From: Marsupella aquatica
Lineage: Eukaryota; Plantae; Marchantiophyta
DNA: 64,000 bases
NCBI GenBank assembly: GCA_973895155.1
Contig: OZ316894.1
Location: 12,936,828-13,000,827, forward strand
Reading direction: 5' to 3'
Numbering within the stretch: the stretch's first letter is position 1; each line of letters opens with the position of its first letter. Both the position numbers and the translations under genes were made by a program. Below are positions 38,598 to 50,375 of the stretch, piece after piece. Below the pieces are notes generated by a model that had not been told where the DNA came from, searched no databases, and worked only from the letters and a program-made list of their open reading frames with translations.

Positions 38598-39870
38598 GGC
38601 AGGAAAACAGGAAACAGGCATTCATAACAGAAACCGGTAACAGGGAAAAAGACTGGTAACAGGAAAATTCTAGTCTCAAACTTTTGAAATTTTTTCTGGT
38701 AGCACCCGACGCTGGTAAAAATAGTGCCAAAGGTGAGGTTTTTTTAAAAGACACCAAAAAAACAAACAGGAGTAAATATAAGAAACTCGTAGCGGTAGGA
38801 ACTCTCCATGATTATTGCTAGCACCGGGCGCTATGAAGAGTCTATAATTTGTACCAATTGCACTTTCGGAGGATATTTAATGAAGGGGGTTATGAAATGT
38901 TCAATCTCGGAATGCTATTTAAGTCAATTATAATTAACCAAAACCTTTCAGTAGCGCCTGGCGCTACTACAATAATCCCAATAGACAACCATCGTCTATT
39001 CTAGCCTCCTCCCGATCAGGGTCTTTCCAGAAGACATCTAGCTACAAAGATCCATGACTGTTCCCGCTAGTTCACCTAATACCACAAAATCAGACGGAAA
39101 ACTAAACATTTATGCAACCACAGCCCAGAAAGAATCCACACCCAATAACCCTTAGAAAATTGGGAAGCGCCCGACGCTAGCCAATATTGCACCTGAGAAC
39201 ACGTCTTCACAACTCAAACTTCAAGAATCTGAAATAAAAATATAATAGTGACAGTATGTTTGAGGAGTGCCTGGTGCTAGTAAAACTTGAAAGGGCTTAA
39301 AATCAGCCAATTCATCGAAATGGTTACACACTGAAACATTAAATGACGTATTTGAAGAAAACCCCATTGCTACCTATAAACTATCAGATGTTTCTGATGC
39401 GGAGCCTTCAGATCTGTCTGTGGACTCGGCTTCGTCATCAATGTACTTGCTTTGGGAAACATCATCTATATAAGGGTTCCTCATGAACTTCCTGTCTGCT
39501 CCCCTCTAAAGACGTAGACCTTTTGTTTCCCAACAAAGCGTTCTAATTTTCTCAACCCTCCTAGCGGCATTTTCAGCGTATGAGGGCAAAACAAACGGCT
39601 TCTCAGGAGTGACAATTACATTCCTAGCTAGTCTCCTCCGGAGTTGGAAACGCTTCCTCAAATTCCATTCTGACCTGATCCAGTACAACGGAAAAAAATA
39701 TGAGTTTAGGAGATAAGAGAGCAAGAACCCAGAATTGTCAACAACACTTGAAAGGATAAAGAAGCTTACTGGAAGAACATTACTCGTCTGAGTCTTCGCT
39801 CTTCTCCGAAGAATCTTCCTCCTAGGTTTTCTCTGTGTCATCTCCGACATTGTCGTGACAAATTGTTTCT
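38598..39870 (-). mobile_element. Terminal fragment of a related MULE-like element, probably the opposite end, with five palindromes and the last exons of a gene
   Basis: Starts GGCAGGAAAACAGGAAACAGGCATTC. Palindromes start at 38700, 38819, 38952, 39165 and 39265. A minus-strand spliced coding tail ends '...SKYIDDEAESTDRSEGSASETSDSL*'. Confidence 0.6.
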
Positions 39871-40536
39871 GTGCCGCGACCAGGAATGAGGAAGTTGGTT
39901 GGTGTTCCGTTTTCTGTGAACTGCGAATGGTTTGGAGTCGAATCATTTCGACTTCAAGGTTGACTCCGAGAGTCGATTGGCATTCCGTTTTCTGTCGAAT
40001 CGTTTTGACTTCTAGCTCGACTCTGAGTGACGATTGGTGTTTCATTTTTGATGAGTTTTGGGCATGCGGAAGCTAAGGAGTTGGGAGTTGGTTGCGATTG
40101 GGATGCGAAGGGCTGTTGGATCGTCTTCTGGCGACCAAGAGTCTGGCTGCTGAGTTCTGAACCCGCCTAGCGATGACTCATCGGGCGGGGATGCTGCTTT
40201 TGAGGCGTATTTGAGGGCTGAGCTTTGGCTCAATCCAGGAGAGTCGATCGTTTATGGAGATTTGGATTGAGGTTTGAGGTGCTACCGATTGTGGACCAGC
40301 GAACCTGAGTGCTGGATCATTGGCGATGCGAGCTAGAGATTCTGAGTTCTGAGCTTGAGCACTTGAGTAATTGAGTTTCGTGGATTTTCAAACTTGATAG
40401 CCTTTGAGTGGACGATAGCCCGATGGAAGATAGATAGTAGCCCGCCGAAGGGTTAGAGATCAAACTTCCACGAGTGACCCGCCCAAGGGCACCCATTGGC
40501 GACCATATTGGGGATTCCTTGGGGCGATTAGGCAAG

Positions 40537-42867
40537 ATGGGTGATAGCGACGAGATTGATCGGATTTCCCACATCGTCATGACGATGATGCGGAGTATAA
40601 GGAAAGAGGAGATTGAAGTTGAGAAGGAGAACAGAGATGTAGGCAGAACGACTCGTTGTCTCCAAGAGGTTTTGAAAGTGAAAGGGCAATTTGATGGAAG
40701 GAACGTAACAAGTTACCTGAAGAGTTACCTAACAGAAGCAGCTGTCTACAAGTTCAGTGAGGATACAGCCATGAGGGAGTTCCTGGTTCTGGTGGAGCCA
40801 GAGCTAACCCCCACGGTAAAGTTGATCATTGGCTCGGCTGAGAATTGGGATGATTTTGATTCCAGGATGAAGGAAGAGTTCCAGGCTGAGGATGTAGATA
40901 GAGTCACTCAAGCTACGTTTCTTGATTGGGTGAATGATTGCATAAGAAGCTAAAAGGTCCGCAATAGTTGCTAAGGGAGTTCAAGCGTAAGGTGTCCCAA
41001 TTACCAAAGAGGGATGTTGGGATATTTGAGATGCAGCGCTCCACTCTATTCTTGAGAGCAGCTGATGAGGATCTCAGGGAAGAGTTGGAAAATGCGATGG
41101 AATTGCTCGAACCAACTAGGGTGACCTTGTCGAATGATTGGAACCAAGTGGAGAAGGCGGTGTCAAAAATGAGCAATCGGCACCGGAGGCGAGAGTTGGA
41201 CAGAGAAGCCATGACTCTTGAGCTGAAGGTGCCTGAACCGTTGTTGGCTAAGGCAAAACGGGAACTATCCAAGGAAGAAGCATTGCCGGTAATAGATGAT
41301 CTTGCGGAAATGATGCAGAATTTGAAAATCCTGACTACACATTTGGCTGAGAAGCCTAAGGTTGGAAGCGTCCCAGAGAGGAGACGACAGACCCAGAGCT
41401 GGCCATGCATGTGGTGCGACAGTAAGGATCATGACAAGAGGGAATGTCAGGATCTGAAGGAAGCAGTTGATAAGGGGTTGGTTAAGTTTACCGGAGAGAT
41501 TGGGCAAAAGAAGATATCATTTCCGGACAATAAAGAACCGATTCCCTTCAATTCAAACAAGGGAGGGATGAAAGCATTGGCCGAGAGGCGAGCTGGTAAG
41601 AGAGGAAGTGGAGAGGCATCCTCTTCACATGCGGAAGCAAACATTTATAATATTGAGTTGGATGGCCCCGTGATCGAGTCGAATGAATATTACCAAAGAT
41701 TGGCGGATTGTGTCCGTCAAAAGTCGGGATGGGAAGACCCGGTTCTGATCAACATGATTACAGTGGAAGTAGGAGCGACTTGGGACGTGGAAGCAAACTC
41801 TAAATGAAGGAAAACTGATGAGGATGATACCCCATTGCAGTCAGGGGAACGAGAAAGAAGGGAACCTCATCATCGAGAGAGGAAGGTAAGGTTCGAAGAA
41901 GAGGAAACCGAGAATCAACCAGCTGCGGAAAAGCCGATTAGGAAGGATCCGGGTTGGGTGCTCGGAAGAGATTTGGATCAGGCCATGTATCCGGAAATGG
42001 TGGCCGAAAAGTTTTGGAGCCAGCAGGCTCAAGGGTTTTCCAACGCTGAGCTATTTGGGAGCATGAAGCGAGAGATCCAGGAAGCCATTTTGGAGAGGTC
42101 AAAGAGAAACGGATATAAAAAGAGGGACCTCATACCTTGATGGGGGGGCCCGAGGGTTGGACTTGGGTGGATTTTGGACTTATGCGACCATTGCTGATGC
42201 GGAAACTGATGATGAGTTTGAGGATGCGAACGAGGAATTCAAAGAGGAAGCTGAAAAGAGCAAAGTTGGAGTTGCGCTCGATGATAGGCTCGTGGCCAGA
42301 GTCGAAAGTCAAGCACCTGAGGTCCAGGTAAGGTCGTTTGCAGGCTTTGGGACAACGAAGGAAGGTTTCTCTTACCGAGATGGGCATTGGGCAAGGGCTT
42401 GCCCAGAAGGCGAATGCAAAATAAGGGGAATGAAAGGCAAAGTGAGGGCCTTGTTTGACTTAGGTTCCGAGATTAACTTGATGTCTAAAAGTGTTTATGA
42501 AAAGGGACAATGGATGATTGATAAGGAGTTGGTTTGGGCTGTGAATTCCGTGAATTCCATGAGGGATTTCCTTTGGGGAGGCTGTCCTGATGTTGTTGTG
42601 AAGTTCGGGAATGTGGCCCAACCTTGTAATATTTTTGTTCATGAGTTGTTATCGTTCCCAGTCATTTTGGGCATCCGATTCATAACTGCATTGAGAATGG
42701 AGACCAAAGTACTTGATGATACTACTTATATGGTGAAAATTCAGAGTAGCGATGGGGTCCAGGTGGTGCAGTTCCCTGCTGTGTTCCCTGGAAATGTGCG
42801 AAACCGGAAGGAATTGCGAGAGCCAAAGGCTGAGGTTGAGAGGAACTCTAACGAAGAAAGAGAATAG
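40537..42867 (+). pseudogene. Gypsy gag-protease, disrupted
   Basis: 'FDGRNVTSYL' gag motif, zinc knuckle and aspartic protease; broken into several ORFs. Confidence 0.8.
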
Positions 42868-42913
42868 GGAAACGGTTTTGCGCTCCGCTGAAGTTCGTGG
42901 ACCAGCGGAGTGC
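42867..42913 (+). promoter_or_regulatory. -1 programmed ribosomal frameshift signal: G GGA AAC, 6-nt spacer, 11-bp stem-loop
   Basis: The heptamer is in the protease frame; the stem is GCGCTCCGCTG/CAGCGGAGTGC; the -1 frame is open into the RT ORF. Confidence 0.75.
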
Positions 42914-44935
42914 TTGTGTTTTGGTTTCACAGGATAACGATTGTTTTTCCAGTTTGTTTGTAGGTTGCACTCGAACTAGCAAAGTTACCTATGTTGGTGG
43001 GAATGAGATGACCGGGCGGCACAAGAGATATGTGAAGGAGGTAAGTCAGACTTTGGCCGAGTCTAACAATGATGAGAGTCTGGAAGGGGTTTTGGTGGAA
43101 ACCGGATGTGACGAGCCACTCGAGAGTGTGGTTTCTGACTTGGAAAGTGGAAAGATGGAGATAGAGTTGAGCGAGTATCAGTACTCGCTCATCTCTGAGA
43201 TTGTCCATTCGAACACAAAATACAAGACCGTTGATAAGACAGTGAGACCCGCAGCGATACCATTACCGGATAATGCGATGGAGGTGATGGAACGAGCCAG
43301 GCTGGAACCGAGATTAAGACCCGAGGGTTGGATAGGGCATGTGTTTACCCAGGAGAGTCTAGCAAGGCTCAGAATTGGTTCTGATGGGCTGCTTACTGAG
43401 TTGGAACAGGAAGCATTTCAAAGGATGATTATGGAGCATGGCAAAGCTTTCTTGTTTTCGATTGATGAGATTGGTTGTGCGGATCCAAGTAAGGTGACAC
43501 CGATGGTCATCTTCACTGTCCCGCATGTTCCATGGGATCTGATGCCGATTGCCGTTCCACGGGCTTTGGCTCCAAAGTTGGCAGAACTATTGAAGGAGAA
43601 GCTAAGTGCTGGGATTCTCGAGAGATCGGATGCTCCATATTCGAACAGATGGTTTACAGTTCGGAAAAAGAATGGGAGTTTGAGGTTCATTCAAGACATG
43701 CAGCCGCCAAACAAAGTGACGATCAGGAACGTGGGAGTAGGACCACTTGTGGATGAATTTGCCAAGGAGTTTGCCGGAAGGGCAATCTACTCAATGGATG
43801 ATCTGTTTTCGGGCTATGATCAGTTCCGATTATCGCAAGAAAGTTGGGACATAACAACTATGAGGACTCCTTTGGGCCTCTTGCGGATGTGCACTCTTCC
43901 GCAAGGGGCGACTAACTCAGTGGCGCATATGCAGAATGCGATGAGTAAAGTTCTGGAACCGTTCATTCTTGAAAAGGCGAGACCGTTTATTGATGATGTT
44001 CCGATTAAGGGATGCTTGGATGAGGCTAAGGATGAGACCTTGAGGAGTGATGGGATCCGGAAGTTTGTTTGGGACCACATTATTGATGTCAAGGCCATTC
44101 TTGGGAAGCTCATTGAGGTTGGACTTACTCTTTCAGGGGAGAAGTCCAAGTTTGGAATGAGAGAGGTGAAGGTTGTTGGTCAGATGTGCGGAGCTTATGG
44201 CCGGAAGCCAAACATGGATAAGGTGATGGCTATAAGTAAGATGAAGGATTGCGAGTCGATGCCGGAGGTTTGAAGGTTTCTGGGTGCTTGTGTGTTTTAC
44301 AAGATCTGGATCCCTCATTTCTCGCACCTTGCAGATCTGCTCTATGAGTTGCTGAGAAAACGAGTTAAGTGGCGATGGTTACCTGAGCATAGTGAGGCGA
44401 TGTCGAGGTTGAAGAGTGCTCTTATGAGCCCTCCGGTGCTTCGACCTGTGGATTATGAGTGTGGGAGACCGTTGATAGTTACCGTTGATGCGAGCCCATT
44501 CGCGGTTGGATGGGCTATTGGACAGGACGATGAGAAAGGTGAAAGGTATGCGATCAGATTTGGGGCAAAGATCTTTACGGAAAGGCAAAGGAGATATGCC
44601 CAAGTGAAACGGGAGCTTTGGGGTGCCAAAGTGGCACTCCATCAAGAGAGGAATTACCTGATCGGATCTCCAGTGGTGATTGAGACCGATTGTCAATCAT
44701 TACTGGGAATGATAGCAAACTGCAATACGCCGGATATAGCGATGCTTAGATGGATTGCTTTCATTTGGATGTTTGACCCTGAGTTGAGCCATATTGCTGG
44801 GAAGGATAACCCGGTTGCTGACATGCTCTCGAGAGCCAGGTTCGGAAATGAGGTTGAGGCTCGAGTGAGTAGGGCGGCCAGTTATGAAGCTGACGGAAAG
44901 CTAGAGTTTAAGGAGGAACTCTATTTGGGGGAGTT
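42897..44935 (+). pseudogene. Gypsy RT-RNase H
   Basis: 'DLFSGYDQ', 'LPQGATNS', 'FIDD'; one in-frame TGA at 44271-44273. Confidence 0.92.
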
Positions 44936-44961
44936 TGTCAGACCCTCGCTTATGAGCTAAT

Positions 44962-45226
44962 TGTTGTAAACCCTAGTTTACCCCTTAACCATAGGGCGAG
45001 AACCCTTAACCATAGTATGAGAACTCCTAACCATAGGACCAGTATAAGGGCATTTGCCTACCATGTAACCAAGGGGATATATATATCCCCTCATCAATAG
45101 TAAAGGATCTATCTTGTTGGAGTATCTTTGAGCGTTCCTTTAGTTGTCTATTACAACACGTTATCAGCACGAGGATCTATCTTGTTGGAGTATCTTTGAG
45201 CGTTCCTTTAGTTGTCTATTACAACA
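44962..45226 (+). mobile_element. 265-bp Bianca-type mini-insertion: LTR (44962-45158), PBS (45159-45172) and the LTR 3' segment again (45173-45226); TSD CTAAT
   Basis: Directly visible; the TSD lies at 44957-44961 and 45227-45231. Confidence 0.9.
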
Positions 45227-47291
45227 CTAATAAGCCTTATTGTACTAAAAGCTTGCACTTGATAGCTCTTTATCACCAAGAACTACGGGAGGGATGCTCC
45301 ATAAGAAGGAACTACCTCTATTTCCATTAAGCCTTTGCTTCTCCTTGAGACTGTGCAGATGTATTTGGTTTCCGTCACCAAAAATGGGTATTCTTTGGTT
45401 TCCACCGCTGGAAATGTCCCCCTACCCGGCAAGACAACTAATCTAGGTCTCCCTTTCCCAAAGAGAAGACTTCTGGACTCACAACAATCATATGAGCAAC
45501 ATGCTAGACCACAAGGGCCTCAAGATTTCAGATGAGTGCACATCAACAATTACTTTCCCAGAAACGCGCTGAAATTTCATAAGAATTTCAAAGGAAGTAC
45601 ATGGGTAGGTTGTCACTACCTACTTGCTATACTTTAACTTCTTCAACTCCTACTACTTAACACTATGGTCCTTTCAAGCCTCAAGGCATACACTTGAGTT
45701 CTAGTACCCCTAGAACATCTACCTTAGTTCCCCTAAGGTCTCTTAGTGCTACTCCTTGATTCTCCATACTTGGACCCACACAAAGTAACTCACACCAACT
45801 TAAGTACTCCTTGCTTGGCTTCAACTCATCACAAAGTCCAAAACCACCCCAAAGGCCAGCAAGTGACTTACCACTAAAAAAAGACCAGCCCACCTTTCAA
45901 GGGGGTCAAAGATCCTTACTTATCCTCCTAACTATCTCACTAACTCACTTGTTTGTCTTACCTAACTAATGAGCTAGTTGGTGGCCTTTTGAAAGCCTAA
46001 ATCGACTCCTTGATTTTAGCCCTTCATTCAGGTCCACCTCACCTCCTGACTTGGTTGTCCTATCCCTCCAAATCAGGGACTAAGTCAGCCTCCAAAGTAC
46101 AGTCATCCCTATCTACCAAATAGCTCTAAAAATTGTAGAGGGATCAACTTCCAATGGCCCTCCAAGTTCCTCCAAAGTCTCCATGTAACTCAGGTCCTTA
46201 GGTACCCTCCATGTTGGCTTTAAGGACTCCACTCCTTACCCTCCTTATTCCTGGACTCCAGAACCAGCCTAGGTCCCCTTGACATGAAAGAGCCCTTCTC
46301 CAGGCCTCACCCATCCGATTAGGGCCTTGCGAATGACCCAAGCATGGTACCTCCTTACCGTACTGGTTAGTGGCTTGGTAATCTGGTTGTCCTCTCTGAA
46401 ATGCTTGAGGTACACCTTGGTGAAAGCCCTCAGATTTGAACTTCTGCCCCTCTTGTCCACCTTTGAGCAAGCTAGGTATTGGGCCAGCCAAATGTCGGGG
46501 TCGGCATTTGCTCTCCCATGCTTACTCCACAAGGTGAACTTAGCCTTGTGGACCAGGGGAGGAAAATGCTGATCAGGCAGCCCTCTTGGATCAGGAACTC
46601 TGGGATCAGCCATGCACTTTGATTGTAGTCCCAATTGACCTCCTTTTAGAGCCTTACCACGATCGAAACCTCTCAAGTAGCTGGCAATATCAAATTGTTA
46701 TACAACCTGACTTCCAAGAGAATCTTAGTGAACTCCCAATCCTCCTAGCTTGTGCCAGCCTCTAGCCACCGTCGATAGCTTTCCAATGTATTTAAAAGTA
46801 CTTCAATTGAGTCTAAACTAAGCGAGTTATTCAGGTTTCAGCAGAACCCATTGATATCGTCACTTTAAACTAGGGTCAGCCTTATCTCAAGGCTTAGTTA
46901 TTGGTGTAAACTCGGTTTGCCTGACCCTGCATGTGTAAACTCAGGTGTACAAAGCCAAATAGTAACCCCGTGAGACTACAAACGTAAAGGCCCAGTACTC
47001 CTGTGAAATATAAGCTCTGGTCTTGACAGTAAGTGCATGGGTGAACGGAGAGAAAGAACTCATGGAAATAGGAGAATGAATGCTTCCCATCTATGGTAGA
47101 GTTAACTGCCTGATTCAATTTGGAGCAAGGAGAGAACTAAGCTAGGACTTAGAGAACTGAACTTGTTTGAAGGGATCGTGGCTTATTTGAAGGAAGTCTG
47201 GCTGGTGCTTCTGTTCATACCAGCCCTCCATTCTCACAAAAAATATCTCCCTTCCATGTGTTCTTCTCTCGATTGTCGGTTGACCTTGGTA

Positions 47292-47508
47292 GCATTCAAT
47301 TTGTGAGTCCAAAGAGCAGCCATTCTAATTTCAGAAATATCTCTATGGACTTGATACTAATCCTGCATTCAATTCTTGAGTCCAAAGAGCAGTCATTCTA
47401 ATTTCAGAAATATCTCTATGGACTTGATCCTGCATTCAATTCTTGAGTCCAAAGAGCAGCCATTCTAATTTCAGAAATATCTCTATGGACTTGATCCTGC
47501 ATTCAATT
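47292..47508. repeat. Three tandem copies of a ~67-bp unit inside the solo-LTR-like insertion
   Basis: gcattcaattcttgagtccaaagagcagccattctaatttcagaaatatctctatggacttgatcct x3. Confidence 0.9.
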
Positions 47509-48762
47509 CCTGAAGTTAAGGGCCACAACTCAGATTTCTTGTCAATCACCCTAGCTGAGGAAATGGTCTTCTAGCTGTCCACTGTTGCCACCTCGAAGTT
47601 CCCCTATAGAAGGTGCAAGTTGATTTCGCCTGAAGAGCCCCCTTGTTAGCAGTCGATGACTTCTCCTTTCTGTAAAATATTCTCTCTGATTCAGAAATTT
47701 CAATCTTCTCTATTAATTTCCCTTCCAGCCTTTGCTTTCCCTTCGATCTCCTCCTTTAATTCGTGCTCCAGAATTTCCTCTTCTAGTTCAGGTCTTCTGA
47801 TTCTCCTTGAGCCCAACATTCCAGCCCAGTTCTCCTTACTTGATTTGGTGGAGTATTGGCTCTCCATTCAGCTGCAGCGTTGAGCTCCATTCTCCCTTCA
47901 ATTTCACTTTGATTTTTGCTCTATTGAATTCTGGGCTCGACACTTGGCCTTAGCTAGCTCTTTTACATTGTAACCCTGCCCTTTACAGATGTAAATGAGT
48001 CCACCACGTTTTCTCTACGCAGTTGAATTACCCCTTTGTATGCACAAAGAACATTCCTCCCTTTAAGTCCCTTTAAGTGCTACTTATGGCATTTAACATT
48101 AGCCATCTTCGCCTATAGCTCAAAACTCACTCATAAGAAAAAAACTATTATGAACATACTCCTGGCTTTCCTAGCCCTAGGGCTTCCTAAAACAATTCTT
48201 AGAATTGATATATAACTAAACTTGGCTTTTCTATAATTGTTCAAAGTCTGCAATCCGTCATAATTCATAGCTACTTTTACATCATTCGGACCACTCCCAA
48301 AAAGTATCTATAAGTCCAAAACTAGGTTTAGTAATTCTAAGGGATAGTGTTAGGTATAGTAACACCATGGCTAGCCTTCAAAATACATTTTTTGCTCTAT
48401 GGCTATTTTCCCTAGGTCCTGCAAGTTGGCTATTTTAAGTTTTGTTCCACTGTAAATAGCTTCTAATTGAACGGTCGAAATGACTTGCACTTTTACAAGG
48501 GTTCTCCAGGGCCTGCCTAGAACCTTCAGAAAAAATCTCAGCCTAAATTACAAACTCTAAGGATCTGATTACCTATCTAATCCACTATTAAGTTAACCGT
48601 GGTTTAAACTAATGAAACTTTCTTACTCTGCTTTACTGAAGAGAGTTTACTTCAGTTTCACTTCTACTTCCCACTCATTTACAGGCATAATATGCTTACT
48701 TAGAACAAAAAAGAAAAAATCTAACCTAAAACTAATTTAACCCACTAATTGAGCGGCTCACA

Positions 48763-50241
48763 GAGTTGTTGGATGTTGCAAGGTATATCAGTACTCTGGA
48801 GAAGCGACCAGAGTGGGATTACAAGGAGTTTGTGAGAATTCGAAAGAGGTCTTACAAGTTCCTGTTGAAGGAGGGATACCTGTGGTGAAGGTCGAAGGAA
48901 CCGGGACTGTTACTTCAAAGGGTTGTGGGAACGAAGGATGAGAAGGACCGAATTCTCAAAGAGAGCCATGATGCGGAAGTTGCTGGACACAGAGGGGTTC
49001 AAGCAACTTATGACAGAATCAGGAACCTTTATTGGTGGCCTGGTTTGTACTTGAGCATTCGGGATTATGTGGAGACTTGTGAAGTCTGCCAGTTCTATTC
49101 GAGTATCCGACATAGAGATGGATTGGTTCCAACTTACCCGGTGGCACTACATTTTCAATGGGCAGTTGATGTGGTGTACATGCCAAGGGAAAGCAATGGG
49201 GCGAGATACTTGGTTTTGGCGAGAGAAGACTTGTCGTCTTACGTTGAAGGGAGAGCTTTGGTTACCAATACGACTGCTGCTGTTTGTCAGTTCATTTTGG
49301 AAGATATCATTGCGAGACATGGATGTTTTACGAGGATGAGAGCTGATAGGGGGGAGCTGAGCTCCAAGGAAGCTCAAGAGTTTTTCAACCAGTACCGAAT
49401 CAAGTTGAAGCTTACCTCGAGTTACAATCCGGAAGGCAATGGGAAATCTGAACGAGGTCATGTTCAGATCATTAGTGCATTGGCGAAGGCCTGTGATGGG
49501 GATCTTGGCAGGTGGTTGAGTCTTCTTCCACTTGCCTTGCTTGCTGATCGGATGACTTGCAGTTCTGTTACCGGATATGTTCCCGCTGAGTTGCTTATTG
49601 GACATTTGCCGATGATGCCTCTTGAGGAGGACATTTGTAGTTGGAGATTGATTGGTTGGAAAGATGAAGTTTCGAGAGAAGAGTTGCTGGCTCGAAGGAT
49701 CGAGCATTTTGGGCTGTTACCTGCGAAGATCAAAGTGCCTCGGAAACAATTGAAAATGGCACGGCTAAGGAACAAGGGAAGGTTTGATCGGACTCATCGG
49801 TTGAGGCCGGTTTTGGTTAACAAAGGAGATTGGGTTTTGATTTATGAGATCAAGTTGGACGAGCAACACTTGAGCCGAAACAAGTTTGCTCAAAGGTGGC
49901 AAGGTCCGTATGTGGTGGTGACTGTTCACCCGAATGCTACCTATACAATTCAAGAGTTGGATGGGACTATTCACCAAGTACCTTATGCAGGGAAAAGAGT
50001 GAAAGTCTTTAAGAGGAGAACTGATAAAGGAATGGACTCAAGTTCCGACTTGAGTGAAAACGAAGATGAGGTGCTGGTCCAGGCGCATTCAAAGGACTTA
50101 GACTCGGATTTGGGCAAAAAGAAGGGAGTTCGGACAGGTTTGAAAGGTTTAAGTTCTAAAGGAAGAAAAAGGGAAACTGAAGCAGATTCTGAGTACTTGG
50201 ATTTTGGACTTCTTGAAGGAGAAGTGGTCCAGGTGCATGGG
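48763..50241 (+). pseudogene. Gypsy integrase
   Basis: 'SHDAEVAGHRG…YWWP…CEVCQ', 'WAVDVV', 'RADRGE', 'NGKSERGH', 'WQGPY'. Confidence 0.92.
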
Positions 50242-50375
50242 ATCCAGAAGCACAAGCCCCAAACCCCTCTAGCCAGGAAAAATCTTCCGTCCCAAAAGAC
50301 ACACCGGGTCAATCTAATACAGTCAAATACCCACAATTCTGGTGTAAAGAATACTCATGCCAATTTTATTCGTGT

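Larger units (their letters stand above)
44936..48762 (-). mobile_element. 3.8-kb TG...CA insertion with 5-bp TSD GAGTT, probably a large solo LTR
   Basis: GAGTT|TGTCAGACC…GGCTCACA|GAGTT; gypsy pol resumes after it; no gag/pol inside. Orientation is tentative. Confidence 0.8.
39875..50241 (+). mobile_element. Ty3/gypsy retrotransposon: partial 5' LTR, PBS, gag-PR, RT-RH-IN; 3' LTR missing; interrupted by a 3.8-kb insertion
   Basis: PBS TGGCGACCATATTGGGGA at 40497 after ...CCCA; knuckle CMWCDSKDHDKREC; protease LFDLGSEIN; RT FIDD; RNase H VDAS/RELWG/ETD/ADMLSR; integrase H-H-CC, D,D,E and GPY. The left boundary is approximate. Confidence 0.9.

Noticed and set aside
50241-50244. GATC at the duplication junction as a Hi-C/DpnII chimera
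   Set aside because: The donor copy reads AATC at the same position, so it has no restriction site there; the copies also differ by many substitutions.
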